A program made the translations under genes and the position numbers. Of a DNA stretch of 64,000 nucleotides, positions 42,100-55,774 are shown one piece after another (the stretch's first letter is position 1; every line of letters starts with the position of its first letter). The DNA is from the human T2T-CHM13v2.0 reference genome, Homo sapiens. The stretch lies in the NCBI RefSeq assembly GCF_009914755.1, contig NC_060931.1, one strand, 5' to 3'. Below the pieces are notes generated by a model, which searched no databases, had not been told where the DNA came from, and saw nothing but the letters and a program-made list of their open reading frames with translations.

Positions 42100-42732
42100 A
42101 GGGATACTAGATTTTATCACAGTATTATGAAAGGTAAGCTTGTCATCGTAAAGCTTATAGATACTCCTTTTATATGTTTGCTGACGTCAAGGATTTTTCA
42201 CATTTGGTAATAATTTATTATTTGTTTAATAAAACGAAATTTGAACTTAAATTTGGTTTGTCTTTAGAAGTTAGTTTAGCAATTAATTTTTCTGTAAAAT
42301 GATTTTTACACCATTAATTTCTTCTCAGCTTCGTATATTTAAGAATTTCTATGGACTTAAATGAGGTTCCATGATTGATTTTCTATTTGCATGATATTTT
42401 AAACAAAATATACGTTATATTTTTAAGTTCAAGATTTCCCTCCCACCCTGGGAAAGTCTTCTGAGTCTTTTTCATGTCATCCTTCTCATTTTTCTTTCTC
42501 TTTTAATTTTTCAGTACCCCAAGTTACTTTAATGTTAAACACAAATGAGAAAATTGGGGAATTGTAAAATGAATACAGTCATTCTCATTTAATAGATAAT
42601 GATATCTTACTACCTATTGCTTTTGCCATTAGTTTGTAACATTTAAATTCATGTTAAAAGAAAAACAACTGAAACACTTATACTGTAGAATGCAGATTCA
42701 GCCAAAATCCAATATTGTAAATTTTTACTTAC

Positions 42733-42806
42733 CTTCAGTGTCTGCTAGTCCTACTCCTACCCCTGGCTGTTTTACAGGCTCTTGTCCATTCTGTCCCATC
42801 TTCCCT
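42733..42806 (-). CDS. PCLO: PCLO long-isoform exon, 74 nt: (I)GKMGQNGQEPVKQPGVGVGLADTE(A)
   Basis: Acceptor ttttatttctaaacag|A; donor GAA G|gtaagt; phase 2-1 fits both neighbours. Confidence 0.95.
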
Positions 42807-42895
42807 CTGTTTAGAAATAAAATAAAATGATATATTCAGTTATGATCTCATGAATGCAAAAGAGGCTAAATTTGCATAAATAAAATGACATTGAT

Positions 42896-42934
42896 AGTAA
42901 TGGCAAAACCTGCAATTACTTTTGCACAACCGAA
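42896..42934. mobile_element. Half MADE1 (mariner-derived MITE)
   Basis: agtaatggcaaaacctgcaattacttttgcacaaccgaa matches one MADE1 arm. Confidence 0.75.
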
Positions 42935-43319
42935 TATTTTTGGACTTGCAATAATTATTTGAATGGCACATACATACACAGTTAATTGCTCTATATCATA
43001 ATTTTAAAATGTGAACTTGTTTATTATTCCTATTCAGGCCAAACAATATACCTCAACATTCAGTAGTTTTTATTTGTAGACTATTTATCAAAAAATAAGA
43101 CCATCATGACATTTAGAAATTTTGTTTTAGAATTTTTTATTTATTTCTAACTCAACAATGAGAAGGGGCTTTATATTTTTATATGTTGTACTGATGAGTT
43201 ATTCCAGTTTTTTTGGTAAAAAGAGCAATATTGAATTAAATAATATATAAAAATGATATTTTAATAAAATATTTCTTATTTCATGTATTTTTTTTTCAAC
43301 TCCTTTCTGTGTTTTCCAC

Positions 43320-43560
43320 TGTGTTGAGCAAACTGGCTTTTGTAGTCAGGCTGCTTGGTCTCTGCTTCTGGCTTTGCTATTTCTTGCTATGGGTAATGTA
43401 AGGCAAAGTACCTGGTCAAGACTGTTTCTCCTTTTGTGATATAAAGATAATAATATTAGCTACATTTTGATTATGAAAAAAAAATCACATGAAAAATGCG
43501 TGAAAAGGGTTAACAGAGTGCCTGAGAAATAATAAGCATTCAATAAACATGGCATATTAA
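43320..43560 (+). mobile_element. MIR
   Basis: ggcttttgtagtcaggctgcttgg...aacagagtgcctgagaaataataagcattcaataaacat. Confidence 0.7.
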
Positions 43561-45801
43561 CAGGTAGGCATGGTCGTAGTAGCCTTAGAATTCAACCAAA
43601 ATCTGCTAATCACTTTTAGTTTTCAGCTTCAAACTTTTTGGAAAGTCAACTAGATGAAGAATTCAGGATACTTTGAGGACTGTAAGCTTAGAATGTTAAT
43701 AATTTAACAGCTAAAGGACAGTAGACCACTTCTTATTTCTTCGGCTAGAGAAAAAGCTACATGGCACATGAAGAAGTTTGGAATTTGCCTTTATATATGC
43801 TTAGATAAGGCGTTCTAAAAAGATGGAATAAAAAATTGTTACAGAAAGATGCTTGAACAAAAGAGCATCTTGATACTGCACTTTGTAGACAACACTTCTA
43901 GCATAGTGGGATTTACTAACAATTAATTATAACTTTCATAGGAAGTATTTGGTTTGCTAGACCTGCTGAAAATGTAACCATATTTATTTCTTAATAATCC
44001 AATTATATCTTACTTGAAAACTGCTCTAAAGGTCCTCTTATTCTACTTCAGAGAAGGTGCTGAAATGTTTCCGCACATAATAAAAGAACACATGTAAATT
44101 CAGAAATTATTTTATCTCAAAAGCCATTACATTGTTCCATTATAATAATTCTAGGTTAAAGGTTTAAGTACAAATTTTTATTAAGTGTGTATGTGAGGGA
44201 CCAAGTTCATGCAAATTAAGCAATTTCCAACATTTCCATTTTACCATATATATGTTAAACCATGGTCTGCATGGTCAACATCTGCATACATATTTAAGTA
44301 ACACACAAAATTTTAGCTTATGTAATTGCTTCATCAAGATTCAAGACAAGTAGTTAAGAAAAAAAAAAGAACTCTGCTCTATCTGTTAGCATTAGAGGGG
44401 AAAAAAAGCTTAATAGCAGTAATCTTACTTTTATCAGTACGCTACACTGGTAGAGTGAGCCAAAACATACCTTGTTGCTGAGCCAAACTCTATTGAAAGT
44501 GCAGGTCTTTTTAGTATTGGTAATCTAGTAGATCAGAATACTAAAAAATAAATATTCTTATACTATCCCAGACTTTTAAAAAGTAGTTACTGTAAGTCTT
44601 AGTAATTGTAGTACAAGTACATTTTGATAATTTTTGGGGTTGTTCTTGAGTCTTAGACTTTATATGTTAATGGTGATACCCAGCCAGTCTTTGCTTTCAA
44701 TTGAAACTGATTTTAACATAGGTACTTAGCCAATATGTGTAGTAAGTACATTTTGAAGATTATACAAAAAACTTTCATAGGATTGTGAAGCTAAATTAGG
44801 TGCAAAGGAAATGTAACTGTGAGTCGTGTGAAGGATGTGGTTTCTCTGAATTCCCAATGACTACACTTTAGCTCAGAACATTCTGGCTATACATTTTATA
44901 ATTTATATTTTTAAATAATCGCTAGATATTTATTAAACACTTTTACTAGCCCAAGCTATAATTTTATTAGATACAATGGGGGATATAAAAGAACTGCCAA
45001 ATACTACTTCTTACACATATCCTATAATGGTTTTCAAAAGTAAATATTCGTTGTGCTCATATGGCAAAGCAAGAGTCTCCTAGACAGTTGTGAGAAGCTT
45101 TGATTTACAAGAGAAACAGGAAAATGGGAAAAATCAAAATTAGAATGTGGTATATATATAAAATACATAATCTACTTATACTGCAGACATTCAAATATTG
45201 ACAAAATGACATATTTACTTTTTGGAATTATAACTTTACCATCAGTGTTAAATTATATATTTTGAAAGGTGCAGAAAAATTGGAAGGATAACAAATTATG
45301 TGTGGTTTAAAACCTTTCTAAATTCACATGACATTTACAGCTTAGAAAGAAATTTAAAGAATTTGTAGAAATTCTTTTCTGTCAAATTGGATCATCAGAA
45401 GTCAAAGACCAATGGGATTAGATTTCTTTTAGGAAGAATTTCCAATAAAATATAACTGATTAAGTACAAATAACTCTATTGAATCCATAGACTAAATCTC
45501 ATAAAAGAAAAGAAAGCTAAGATGGACAGGTGATACAATAAGAATTTGCTTAATTTAAATTGAAAAAAATGTAGTTCAAAACAACAAAATGAACTCCTTT
45601 TTCACTGTAAAAATCTATTTTCACTAATGCTTTGCTTTTATAAACTGAACCATTATCAAAATATTATAATTGTTGTGGACATCAGAAGGAAAGATTTATA
45701 AGAACCTTTATTTTAAAACAAAGAGAAATAGACAATCCACCCCCTGAAAAGTCTTCACTTAGCATTGGAGAAAATGAAAAAGACCCTTTCACAACCCAGC
45801 T

Positions 45802-46107
45802 CAGGGTTGGCAAGCTCTGCAACGTGCCAGTTAGTAAATATTTTAGATGGGCTGTATTCTAACGACTTAATTCTGCCCTGCAGCACAAAAGCAGCATCAG
45901 GCAACACAGAGCTAATAGGCACGGTTGTGTTCCAATACAACTTAGTTTATATTCACTGAAATTTCAATTTCCTATAATTTTCAAGTGTCACAAAATATCA
46001 CACTTCTTTTGTTTTTTCCTACACTTTCGAAAATGGAAATGCCATTTTTAGCTCACAGGTCTTAGAAAACCAGGTGGTAGACTGCTTTTGCCCTGGCGTA
46101 AACCCTG
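45802..46107 (+). mobile_element. MER58B-like hAT MITE
   Basis: cagggttggcaa...gccagttagtaaatattttag...gttgtgttccaatacaactt...aaaccctg. Confidence 0.75.
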
Positions 46108-46904
46108 GGACCTGGGTGGCCCAGTGGTATTTTCAAAATCCAGAAGACTAGTTAATGGGCAGGAAAAGGAAAAGTCAGGAAGTTTGGATTTTGTTATTGG
46201 AACAGACATAATCTACATATTTATCTTAAATGCCACCAATATGACCAAGGCGATTCTAACACATTAAGTATGCTAAAGTTTTGCATTTGATTTGCAAAAT
46301 GACTTTTTTTTTATTTTGAGGCTTAACATTATGAGTGATTCTTATTCCAAGAGTACCTACTCAGGGACCTATGCACTACTCGGTCTTTGTTCTAGAAAGT
46401 ATGGAAACACTTCGAAACCTTCAATGTTAATTGTAGAAGGATTTATAGTTGAAAAGTCTGTATGATTATTCACTATGTCCTCTATTTCAAATATGATATA
46501 TGGATTCTTTGAATATGTTTAAATATCTCCTGATTCAAGGTAAATTAATATATGTTTGTCTCAAATACCAGTAATGTTTGTATTTGGTCATTATGTGATT
46601 AAAACATTACTGTATTCCTGCTGAACTTTATTCTGGCATGGCTAAGTGATTAGCAGTTTTAACATCAAATACAGATTGTATTGATTAAGTAGTTCTGGCA
46701 GTGACTAACATTTATCCTTAGAATTAACTGAATTATCCAATCTTTCTTGAACTATCTATTTTTACATAGGCATTAACAGTTCAAGTGTCTCAGGGACAAT
46801 GACTCAGAATTGGGTAATTATCCAGTTATTTCCTGTTAACTGTTGAGAATGCCTTACTCATGATGCTGAGTAAGCTTTGTAGTAACAAAAAGAGACCCAC
46901 TTAC

Positions 46905-47046
46905 ATCCTCGGAATAGGAAATAGATTAGTCTCCCCTGCAGTGCTGCTGCTTCCTTCACTGTCCACGCTATACCCACTGCCAAAGCTGCTGCCCGAGGAG
47001 CCGGTGGACACAGAGCTTTCTGCAGGCCGGTGATTGGGAGGCTTTG
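46905..47046 (-). CDS. PCLO: PCLO long-isoform exon, 142 nt: (T)[46 protein letters not shown](I)
   Basis: Acceptor cttcccacaccatgcag|CA; donor AGG AT|gtaagt; open frame continuous with both neighbouring exons. Confidence 0.95.
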
Positions 47047-47879
47047 CTGCATGGTGTGGGAAGATTCAACACCACAGTCAATAAATGAAGCTGACATTGA
47101 TCTACAAATGCATCATTATACATCTTCTTAATTTACATGTGACAAGAAACAGCTACTGAAGAACTCTACATTTTTCAACCCGCCTTTTCGTTTCCTTTAC
47201 TGATAATGAATGGTGGCAACAATAAATTATTTTACTGTTTTTATTGGACATCAAGGAAAAGCAATCACCTTTAGGGAAAAACACATTTAATTTTTAGACC
47301 AAGTTAAATAGTATGTAACTATGCTACTATTATTATTTTTGTGGTTTCTTTGTACAGTATTGCAAAAATGATATGGTAAATAAAAAGAATTTTGGCTATT
47401 TCATGGAGAAAAGAATTTAGAAAGACTTGGGTAGATAGAAATGGCAAGATAAAGAAAATTGCTTATTTTTTTCCTATTACTAGACTATAATCTGTTTTTC
47501 TCCTTAGAAACAAAAATGCAAAATAGAATTTTAAGAAGTGATTGAAAATTCTGTTTGTTTGTATGTACCTCTGCCTACTATCTCCAGCAAGGTTTTAAAA
47601 TTTAAAGATATTTGTTTCTTTTCAGGCATTTCCTAGTTTATCATTGAGACTTGTCTCAAGAATTTCCTAAGTTTGATATTTGAATATAAGAATCCATATT
47701 CCCATACAGACATTACAAATTTGTGCAATAAATTATGCAGTAGGGGTATAGTACTAATATTGTTGTCAGATTTGAGAAGAAATTTTGATGCAAAAAGAAG
47801 GAAGATAAGGCAAGTGTTTCCCTGATTTTGCTGGGGAGAAGTTTCTCTAGTAAGTTTTTGAAATCGTTGATATTTGTCT

Positions 47880-48030
47880 TCCGCCAGAGAGAGTGAACTT
47901 TTCGGTCACACCGATCTGGTTTTGACTCCCAACCCACTCTTTAGCAACTGTACACTGCTTTTCTCATTTGAAAACAATGGGAGTCAGTAATGCCTACCTC
48001 ATAAAATTGTGATTATGAGGAGTGAGATAT
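47880..48030 (+). mobile_element. MIR fragment
   Basis: gatctggttttgactccc...ttttctcatttgaaaacaatggga...taatgcctacctcata. Confidence 0.6.
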
Positions 48031-48080
48031 GTAGGAGCCCAGTAACTTACTCTTCTTCCTCTTGTGATATTATTTGCCAC

Positions 48081-48490
48081 ATCACCACTCTTCTCATGGG
48101 CTTTACTGTCAACAGCTGTTTCTTACTGTCTTTGAGCTTAAATAGTCTTTGACAATGAATTTAACTCTATTCTCTTCTCAAGGTATCCCCACTCTTCTCA
48201 AGGGCTTTACTGTCAACAGCTGTTTCTTACTGTCTTTGAGCTTAAATAGTCTTTGACAATGAATTTAACTCTATTCTCTTCTCAAGGTATCCCCACTCTT
48301 CTCAAGGGCTTTACTGTCAACAGCTGTTTCTTACTGTCTTTGAGCTTAAATAGTCTTTGACAATGAATTTAACTCTATTCTCTTCTCAAGGTATCCCCAC
48401 TCTTCTCAAGGGCTTTACTGTCAACAGCTGTTTCTTACTGTCTTTGAGCTTAAATAGTCTTTGACAATGAATTTAACTCTATTCTCTTCT
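48081..48490. repeat. Tandem array, 104-bp unit, about 3.9 copies, near-identical
   Basis: ccactcttctc recurs at 48085, 48189, 48293 and 48397; only two substitutions seen, both in the first unit. Confidence 0.98.
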
Positions 48491-48945
48491 AAATCTAGAT
48501 GTGTTCAAACCTACAGTTCTACTTAGAGTCTTTTTTCTTCATAAATGCGTCCCTATCCCATTAGGAGTTTATTAGCCAGTTGGATAGAGTTATACTAATG
48601 GGTGAACAGTTGATAATCATTTCACGATCCTAAGATATCTACATATTTCTTAAGGATATGTATAAAAACACAATTATTCTTAATCTGGTGGAATTTTAAC
48701 CAATATAATAACCACATGAAGTGAAACACATAAACATTGTGTGGGAAACCATTTGAGGACAGGAAATCCACCCTCAGGGTAGCTAGGATCAAGTCTTGCA
48801 AAGGATTTAACTTTTCCCCCATTTCTTCACTTTTTCAATTTCGTCGGTAGCAGGTTCTCTAAAGCCACAAGGAATTTTTATATATATTCCAGTGGTAGTA
48901 GGATCCCTTCCCGAGAATAGGGAACAAGAAAGAAATTGTTAATAG

Positions 48946-49039
48946 TTAGTCAATTGTATATCAGATGTGTATAAGTTAGAAACGGCTATTTAGGAAAATG
49001 TGTTCCTAACTTATAGACATCTGATATACAATTGACTAA
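48946..49039. repeat. Inverted repeat, 38-bp arms (2 mismatches) and 18-nt loop
   Basis: ttagtcaattgtatatcagatgtgtataagttagaaac (48946-48983) versus gttcctaacttatagacatctgatatacaattgactaa (49002-49039). Confidence 0.97.
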
Positions 49040-50439
49040 TTGAACTGAATGCTGTTAAACAACCAGTCATCAAGGAATTGCTAGTAACCCACAGGACTGG
49101 ATTTGTGGAAACAGAATAGTTATGTTTCTGAATATTTTCTTTATTTTATGTAGAAGAAACCCAGATGGTGTAGTTAGTGTTAAAAAAAACTTCTTAAAAG
49201 AATAATTTTAAAAATGTAAAGGTAATGTGAGTAGGATGTAAAATGATGGACATGTATAAAGTAGATTAAAATGCATAACCTACATAATGAGTCAGATTAG
49301 TCAATTGATTATAAACAAAAGAAAGCTGTCATACTTTTTGATGGGATTCTATAATCCAATTCATAATTTTTAGTATGACATTGAATGGAAGACATTAATT
49401 TCATCAATTGGAAAATCACAATTTACTATTTTCAAAGATAAACCTTAATTATTAGACACTAATATTCAATCAATTTATATTTATTAAATTAAAATAATTT
49501 TAATTCAAGAGCAAACTCACAATGAACAAAAATAGCTACATTATAAAAATGATTTATTATCTATGTTTCAAAATCGTCCATCCTTTGTTTTGTCAACTTT
49601 GGTTTTACCTGATGCGATTTTTAGTTCTATTCCTCTTCTGGAAAAGTTGAGAAATGTGTACAGAATATAAAATAGCATAATAAGAAGAAAGAAACAAAGC
49701 TAGAAATAAATTTAAGAAAAGACAGGTTTTTTTTCCATCTTGCCAATCTCTTTGAATAGAATTCTCATTTTGAAAGCCTGTGCAAGTGTTGTCAATATTT
49801 TAAATGCAAACAAATAACATTTTATAAGAAATATTAAAAAAGAAAACCAAATCCAGGGGACATTTACCTATGATGGAATCAGTCTAACATCTCTGCAAAA
49901 CATGATTACATCTAAGGTTCTGTCTATGGAAATTTTAGGCAGTTAGAAATTAGGTGAATAATTCAAATGAATCTAGTTATTTGGAGTTATCACAACAAAA
50001 CATCCGGTGCTGGATTAAATTCTGTATTCTTAACTTGGTATCTAAGTGTAGTGCAGAGATATATAGCCTCACATTTGGTTAGTTTCTGAAAAATGAATTA
50101 AATTAAAACACACAACAGATCTTTTCTTCTTGCTGGGCTGTATCTGCATATCATAAAATGTGATAAAACAAAAAATGGAGAGGTTTTGATAAGCTGGTTC
50201 TAAGAATCCGTATTTTAATATATCTTTTCCAGATACTTGAAACATGTATTTACTCATTTCTTTCTCTTGAAACAGACTTCAAGAAATAAAACATCAATTC
50301 TATTAAATTGAGCTAAATCTGCATAAAGGCAAACTTTTTTTTAACAAATAAAGTGTATTTAGGACTTTATTATCTGAGGCTGGATCTTAGGTAATTTCAA
50401 GACATCTAATAATTTCCACCACATTCTTTATTTTGCCTC

Positions 50440-50820
50440 TCAAAAGAGTTTTTTATTGGTCTGGTCTTTCCAAATATATCTCTTGTAATTCTCCTTCAAA
50501 CACTTTACATGGAAGCCCTCTCAGTCCATTCACTCTGGCTCCCTTTGGTTTGGCTTTTTTCTTTCCAACTTTACTAAGCTCTCTTTTATCCCATCACTTT
50601 CTTGTATCTAAATTAAAGTTATCTGTAAAGGCCTAGCTCAGAAATCACCTGCTTCATGCATTTTTCCTCATTCTCCCATTCAGAAGTGACCTCTCCTATG
50701 TCTGGACTCTTGTAGCACATACTCTGTCGTTATTGGAAGCAAAGCCTATGTTTTCTCCTTGGTAACTTCCTTAAAAGCTTGTCCCGGAACCATGTTTGAA
50801 CAATATTTAATGAATAAGTA
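50440..50820 (+). mobile_element. L2 relic (approximate)
   Basis: aaggcctagctcagaaatcacctgcttcatgca...cagaagtgacctctcc...aatatttaatgaataa. Confidence 0.5.
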
Positions 50821-53800
50821 ATAATAATAATAATACATTAATACTTCTTTCCTTTAACCAATCAAAACATCTGAATGATTTAGTAGATAATTTCACTTTT
50901 TAAATCAAGCTTTGTGTTTTATACAAATCATAAATTTCTCAACAAGAAGTCCACTTGATATGGAAGCTTTTTTTCCATGTTCTTTGTCAAAGAAACTTTA
51001 GGGAGTCATTTTTTTTAGCTTTTAAAATCAGAGATAACTTTACTCTGTCATACTGTATAGAAAAAGGTGATCATTCAACTATATTTTTTAACCCCAATCT
51101 CCCAAAACACTGGTTTGATTGAAGGAAATATTTAATGAGAATACACTAACCATCAGAGATTATAAGCTTATGAATTTCAAAAAGTTCATAATCACAAATA
51201 TTACATATATATTTAAAATGAAAGTGACAAAAGAAAATAATATGTAGAGTAACATTCTGTGGGAGCCAGCACTATTACAGACTCTAGAACTTGTCCTGAT
51301 CCCATGTTTGTATGTAGGTAGTTGGAGAGCTCTGGGTTATATTTAAGTGTAATATATCTCTATTTTTTATGTTATTGAGGGAAATAATATTTTAAACACA
51401 CTAAGTATAATCTTCCATAATTTTATAATTTCAAAATCAAAAATTTAGAAATATTCAACTTCTGCTTTATTCTTCCAACTCTTTTAATTAGAGTTTCAGA
51501 AACCAAGGACCTACTATGTGTGAATGTATTACACACCTGTGTATTACATATGAAAAAAGTTTATATAAACATTGAGAGGCTTTTCTTAGTAATAAGATAC
51601 ATCTTTGGGGCCATTTTTTATGAATTACATTTTTGTGTCTACTTTCTTTTTGAAATCTTAAGTGTATTACTAAGTACCAAGTAAAGGAAAGAGTGGATGC
51701 TATAAATATATGATAGAATCAGCTCACTCATAGAAAGGGTCCTGTGCCCTAAAAGAATAAATCTTAGAACGTTGAATCATTTTTGTAACTCAATTAATTG
51801 AGGGGGCATTTCAGGTAAACAAATGTTACCTTCTGTGATGCAATTCAATCTGTTTTAAATTATTCTTTGACCATTTCACTTTCTTTGGCTGTTAGATGGT
51901 TCAACATCATTGTGTTTTATTACTCCATTGTGGCTAACCTTAATTAAATCGGTAGTGTCTCTTTGACTGCACATCTGTCTTCAATTAGTTTGCTCTGTTG
52001 GCTTTTCTTCCCTCTACCACACAGTACTTAAATATGCAAAGCTATCACTGTACTTACCACATGATGGCAGCACTTTGCTCTGAGAGCACGGATTAAATTG
52101 TAGACTTCACTTTTACTACTTTTATATCACATCCAGTTATCTGAAATTTAAAAGGCAAGGTCTCTGCCTATCCTACTAAATTCCAAAAAATTAGTGTTTG
52201 GAATGTAAATAGGTTGCTGTCTATGATGTTCCATTATTGGTTTTATATCTTTGGTCCAGCACAGAGCTATTTCCAAATATTCTGAGGAGTAATTTATTAT
52301 GTAGGTAGCTTGTACTTTCCCAAATTACTTGGTTAATACAGTAGTAAATATCTTCCTAGATACAGTCTCTAAAATTTTAAGATTAACCGAAATAAAAAGC
52401 AATCAATAATTTTGTTTATTCCAATACTTAATGATGGAACGGAAATAACTACCTAGCAGTTTTAGAAATCAAGTATTTGGGAATTTTTACCCCCTGTAGC
52501 TAGCTTTAATTTAGCTAGTATTTACTTCAGGTACCTTTCTCCTCTCTTTCTTTGTTTCTTTCTCTGTCCATCCCTCTTTCCTTTCCTTCTTCCCTCCTCC
52601 TGTCTCTGTCATCTACCTGTTGTTATTGCTGTTACTGTTTTTGTTTTTTGATATTTTTACTAAAGGGATTTTGCAGTTTTATCTCATGTTTTAATTTTCT
52701 TTTGAACGTGGACCTGAAAATTTCAGGTTTTAAGTGTCATTGTGCCAGCATTATTTGGAATGTTTTCCCTTGAATTATGTACAATCACACTTCATGTATG
52801 TTTTCTATTACAGTTCAGGGGTTCTAGTTTAAGAAGAGGTACTGCATCTTAAAAGTAATTTAGAAGTTTAATTTTTTTCCAAATCTACTTCAGTATAATT
52901 ATTATCTATTTGGGAAAATCTAAAGCAAACTGGACACTAGAAAAATGGGCTAGCTTCAATAGAGCTATTTGTAGTTTTCACACACCACCAAATCACAAGT
53001 TTTCACAAATACAGGTGTTGAAACTCTGATATCTCTATCAGTCATTTGTAAGTCGTTAGGCATGGAAGTTGAAGGAAGGATGTCATTGACAATTTCTTTT
53101 TTAAATGACAAATTATTAGATGACTATTAGTCATTACAGATATATTTTATATATATATGTAAACAATATATCTATTATAAAGGTATGACAAGTCATGAGA
53201 AATGGAATGTTGCAGGCTTTTTTCTTATAAAAATAAAAATATTTCCCTTAAGATATGTCATATTCACATAGTAGCTCCTTTTAGAGAAGAAGATGAAGAC
53301 GGGTTGCCTCCATTTGCTGTGTTCCAGAAAGATGGTAAATCTCGTATATTCACAGTTTTCTCTCTCCATGCACATTGGCCTTATGACTGAATTCTTAATG
53401 ACATCTTAATGAACAATTTAGTTTGTTTATAATGATTCATTATCTGGCTTTATAGATAATAAGATCAATGATCACTTCAGGAAACAGAAGTAATCGTATA
53501 AAACAATGTAACAAATGAAAATGAAGTTAGCTTAACTAATAGCACGGTATAGAGGAATTTTTTCTTACATGAAAAAATACATGTTGGCTCCGTATACTAT
53601 AATCCTTGCTTTTAAAAGGAAATCATAATGTTGCCTTTTAAGTAGGTCTTCCTTTTTTTGAGGGGTTTTTAGTTCAGAAGTGATTTTGGAAGAAACCACT
53701 TAAAATATAGTTTAAGTGAGAATTAAAATTGTATAGTAAATAATGAAAGAAAGTTTGACTAAGACATTATCATAGATGAAAATTAAGAAAGTAAATTCAT

Positions 53801-55774
53801 TTTGTCTTTAATAAATTCAGGCCGTAATTCCAGCTATGTTCGAATAAATAGAATGAAAAAAGAATGTATCCAGTGCTGAGTTCCGGTTTGGTGCTATAAA
53901 ATGCAAATACAATAATGATCTTTATCTTTAAAAGATTAATAGCATGGGGGATCATATGTGAAAGAAAAAACATTCAATTTTGAGCTACATCAAATTTTCA
54001 TGGGCGATTTTTAATTTTTCAATCTTCCTTTTATTCTCTTTTGAAGCAGAAGCATTTTCTTTCTTGCTGTTTGCTTGCACTACACTTGCATTAGGCTGTC
54101 AGATAGGTATTTCCAACTGACAATTGGAGAAAAAAAAAACTCAAGCAGGAATAAAGACTACTGTAAAACATGCGGGTTTGTTTGAGTAAAAAGTCATTCT
54201 AAAAATAGTCATTTTGAAAAAAGTTCTTACATAATCCTGAAACTGTGAGAACTTACATCACGACTGCTTAGATAACAAGAATGCTGTCCTTAAATGGAAT
54301 CCGAACATTTTGAAAATTCATTAAATTTTGCCCAAATGAAAAAGGTTGAGCACATTTCCAGTTTGTTTTCATATTATTCCAATTTGGTCAATGGCCACGA
54401 AGTAAAGAGGAAGTTTGGACAGTTATTTGATAAATGCACGTCTGGTCTCATGAGACCTAACCTCTCTAGCTAATGTCATTAATCTTTCTCCAAACAGATT
54501 ATATTAATGATCTATTAATCTATAACAATCATTTCATCAATCTTTCTCCAAATAGATCCTTAAAAAATACTTTCTGTCTATATATAGATGGTTATATTGC
54601 AGTGGATTGTACAGGTTATGATAGAACCAGAGGCAGAACAAATAAATTATAATTAATTATATTTTCCAGATATTTTTAAACATGATGATGTTTGGTTGCA
54701 CCTAAATGTAAATCAGTGACCAATTGCATTTTTCTTTTTCCTCTCAGTTGAAGATAGACAAAACTCACTTTTCTGACTCTTCATAATTTTTTCCAGATAC
54801 CTTTAAATTGATTATTCAATAAATATTACTAGCATGAGAGATTCATGAAGACAGTAATATTTGTCTATTTTGTTTGCTGTAGTATCACCAACACCTTGAA
54901 GAGGTTCTGTGACATTATTTGCACTAAAAATAATATCAGCAAATGTATGTAAAAATGATGACCTAATAAAAGTAATTCAGATCATATTTTTCATAAATGA
55001 TAAGCACGTTTGCAAATATCCTTTTGGCATTAAATATTTTGAAACTCATCAAATTATATACTTGAAATTGAGGATCAAGTATTTCGTAAGAAGCTTTCCA
55101 TTTTTCCTCAAATTTGAATGAAAGTGATAATCTTCAGTTTTTCTATTGTTATGCCAATACAATTAATTTCCACTATATGGGATCAGTAATGTAGATAATG
55201 GAAGATGAAATTAATTGATAATTTATAAACAACTGTTTTTCTATAAATGTTACTTTCAAGATAAGAACAAAAAATTTTATTCTACCTTTATAACACTTCT
55301 GTCACTCTACTTCAGCTTGGAAGCAGCTTGATTAAAGCTGATAGGCAACTTATGAAATTTCAAAAGGAAAAAGTAACAATTACGGATGTGTAAATATAAT
55401 TTAATCTATATCATTCCCAATAAAATAAAAAATTGCTATATAAATTGAAAAAATGTCATTTGTCAATCTTAATAATTATAAATTAACATCAAATGAGAAA
55501 GGAAAGAAGGGGTTCTGAAATGCAATAGAAGAGATATATAAGATACAGAAAATTTGGAGACAAACATGATAAACATGTTTTGGAAGAAGTCCTTGGTTAT
55601 TCAGTCTTTGACTATTGTAAAAATTATGATTGTGCATAAGTCTAAGTTGGTGACTTTTATATATTTTTAAGCTTAAATATATTTAAACACTTCAACATAA
55701 TTTAATTTATAATAATTTATAAATTATAATTTAATATACTTAAATGTTTAAGCTGGACAACAAGCTTAAATATT

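Noticed and set aside
46858-47097. 79-aa ORF MSASFIDCG... from the ORF track
   Set aside because: It is an alternative frame over the real PCLO exon; splice phases support the TKPPNHRP frame.
48081-48490. CRISPR-like array
   Set aside because: Units are identical end to end with no unique spacers, there are no cas genes, and the DNA is primate; it is a tandem repeat.
53202-53390. 62-aa plus-strand ORF or possible antisense exon (ag|AGAAGAAGATG...GATG|gtaaat)
   Set aside because: Weak splice signals, no partner exons and no recognisable homology.
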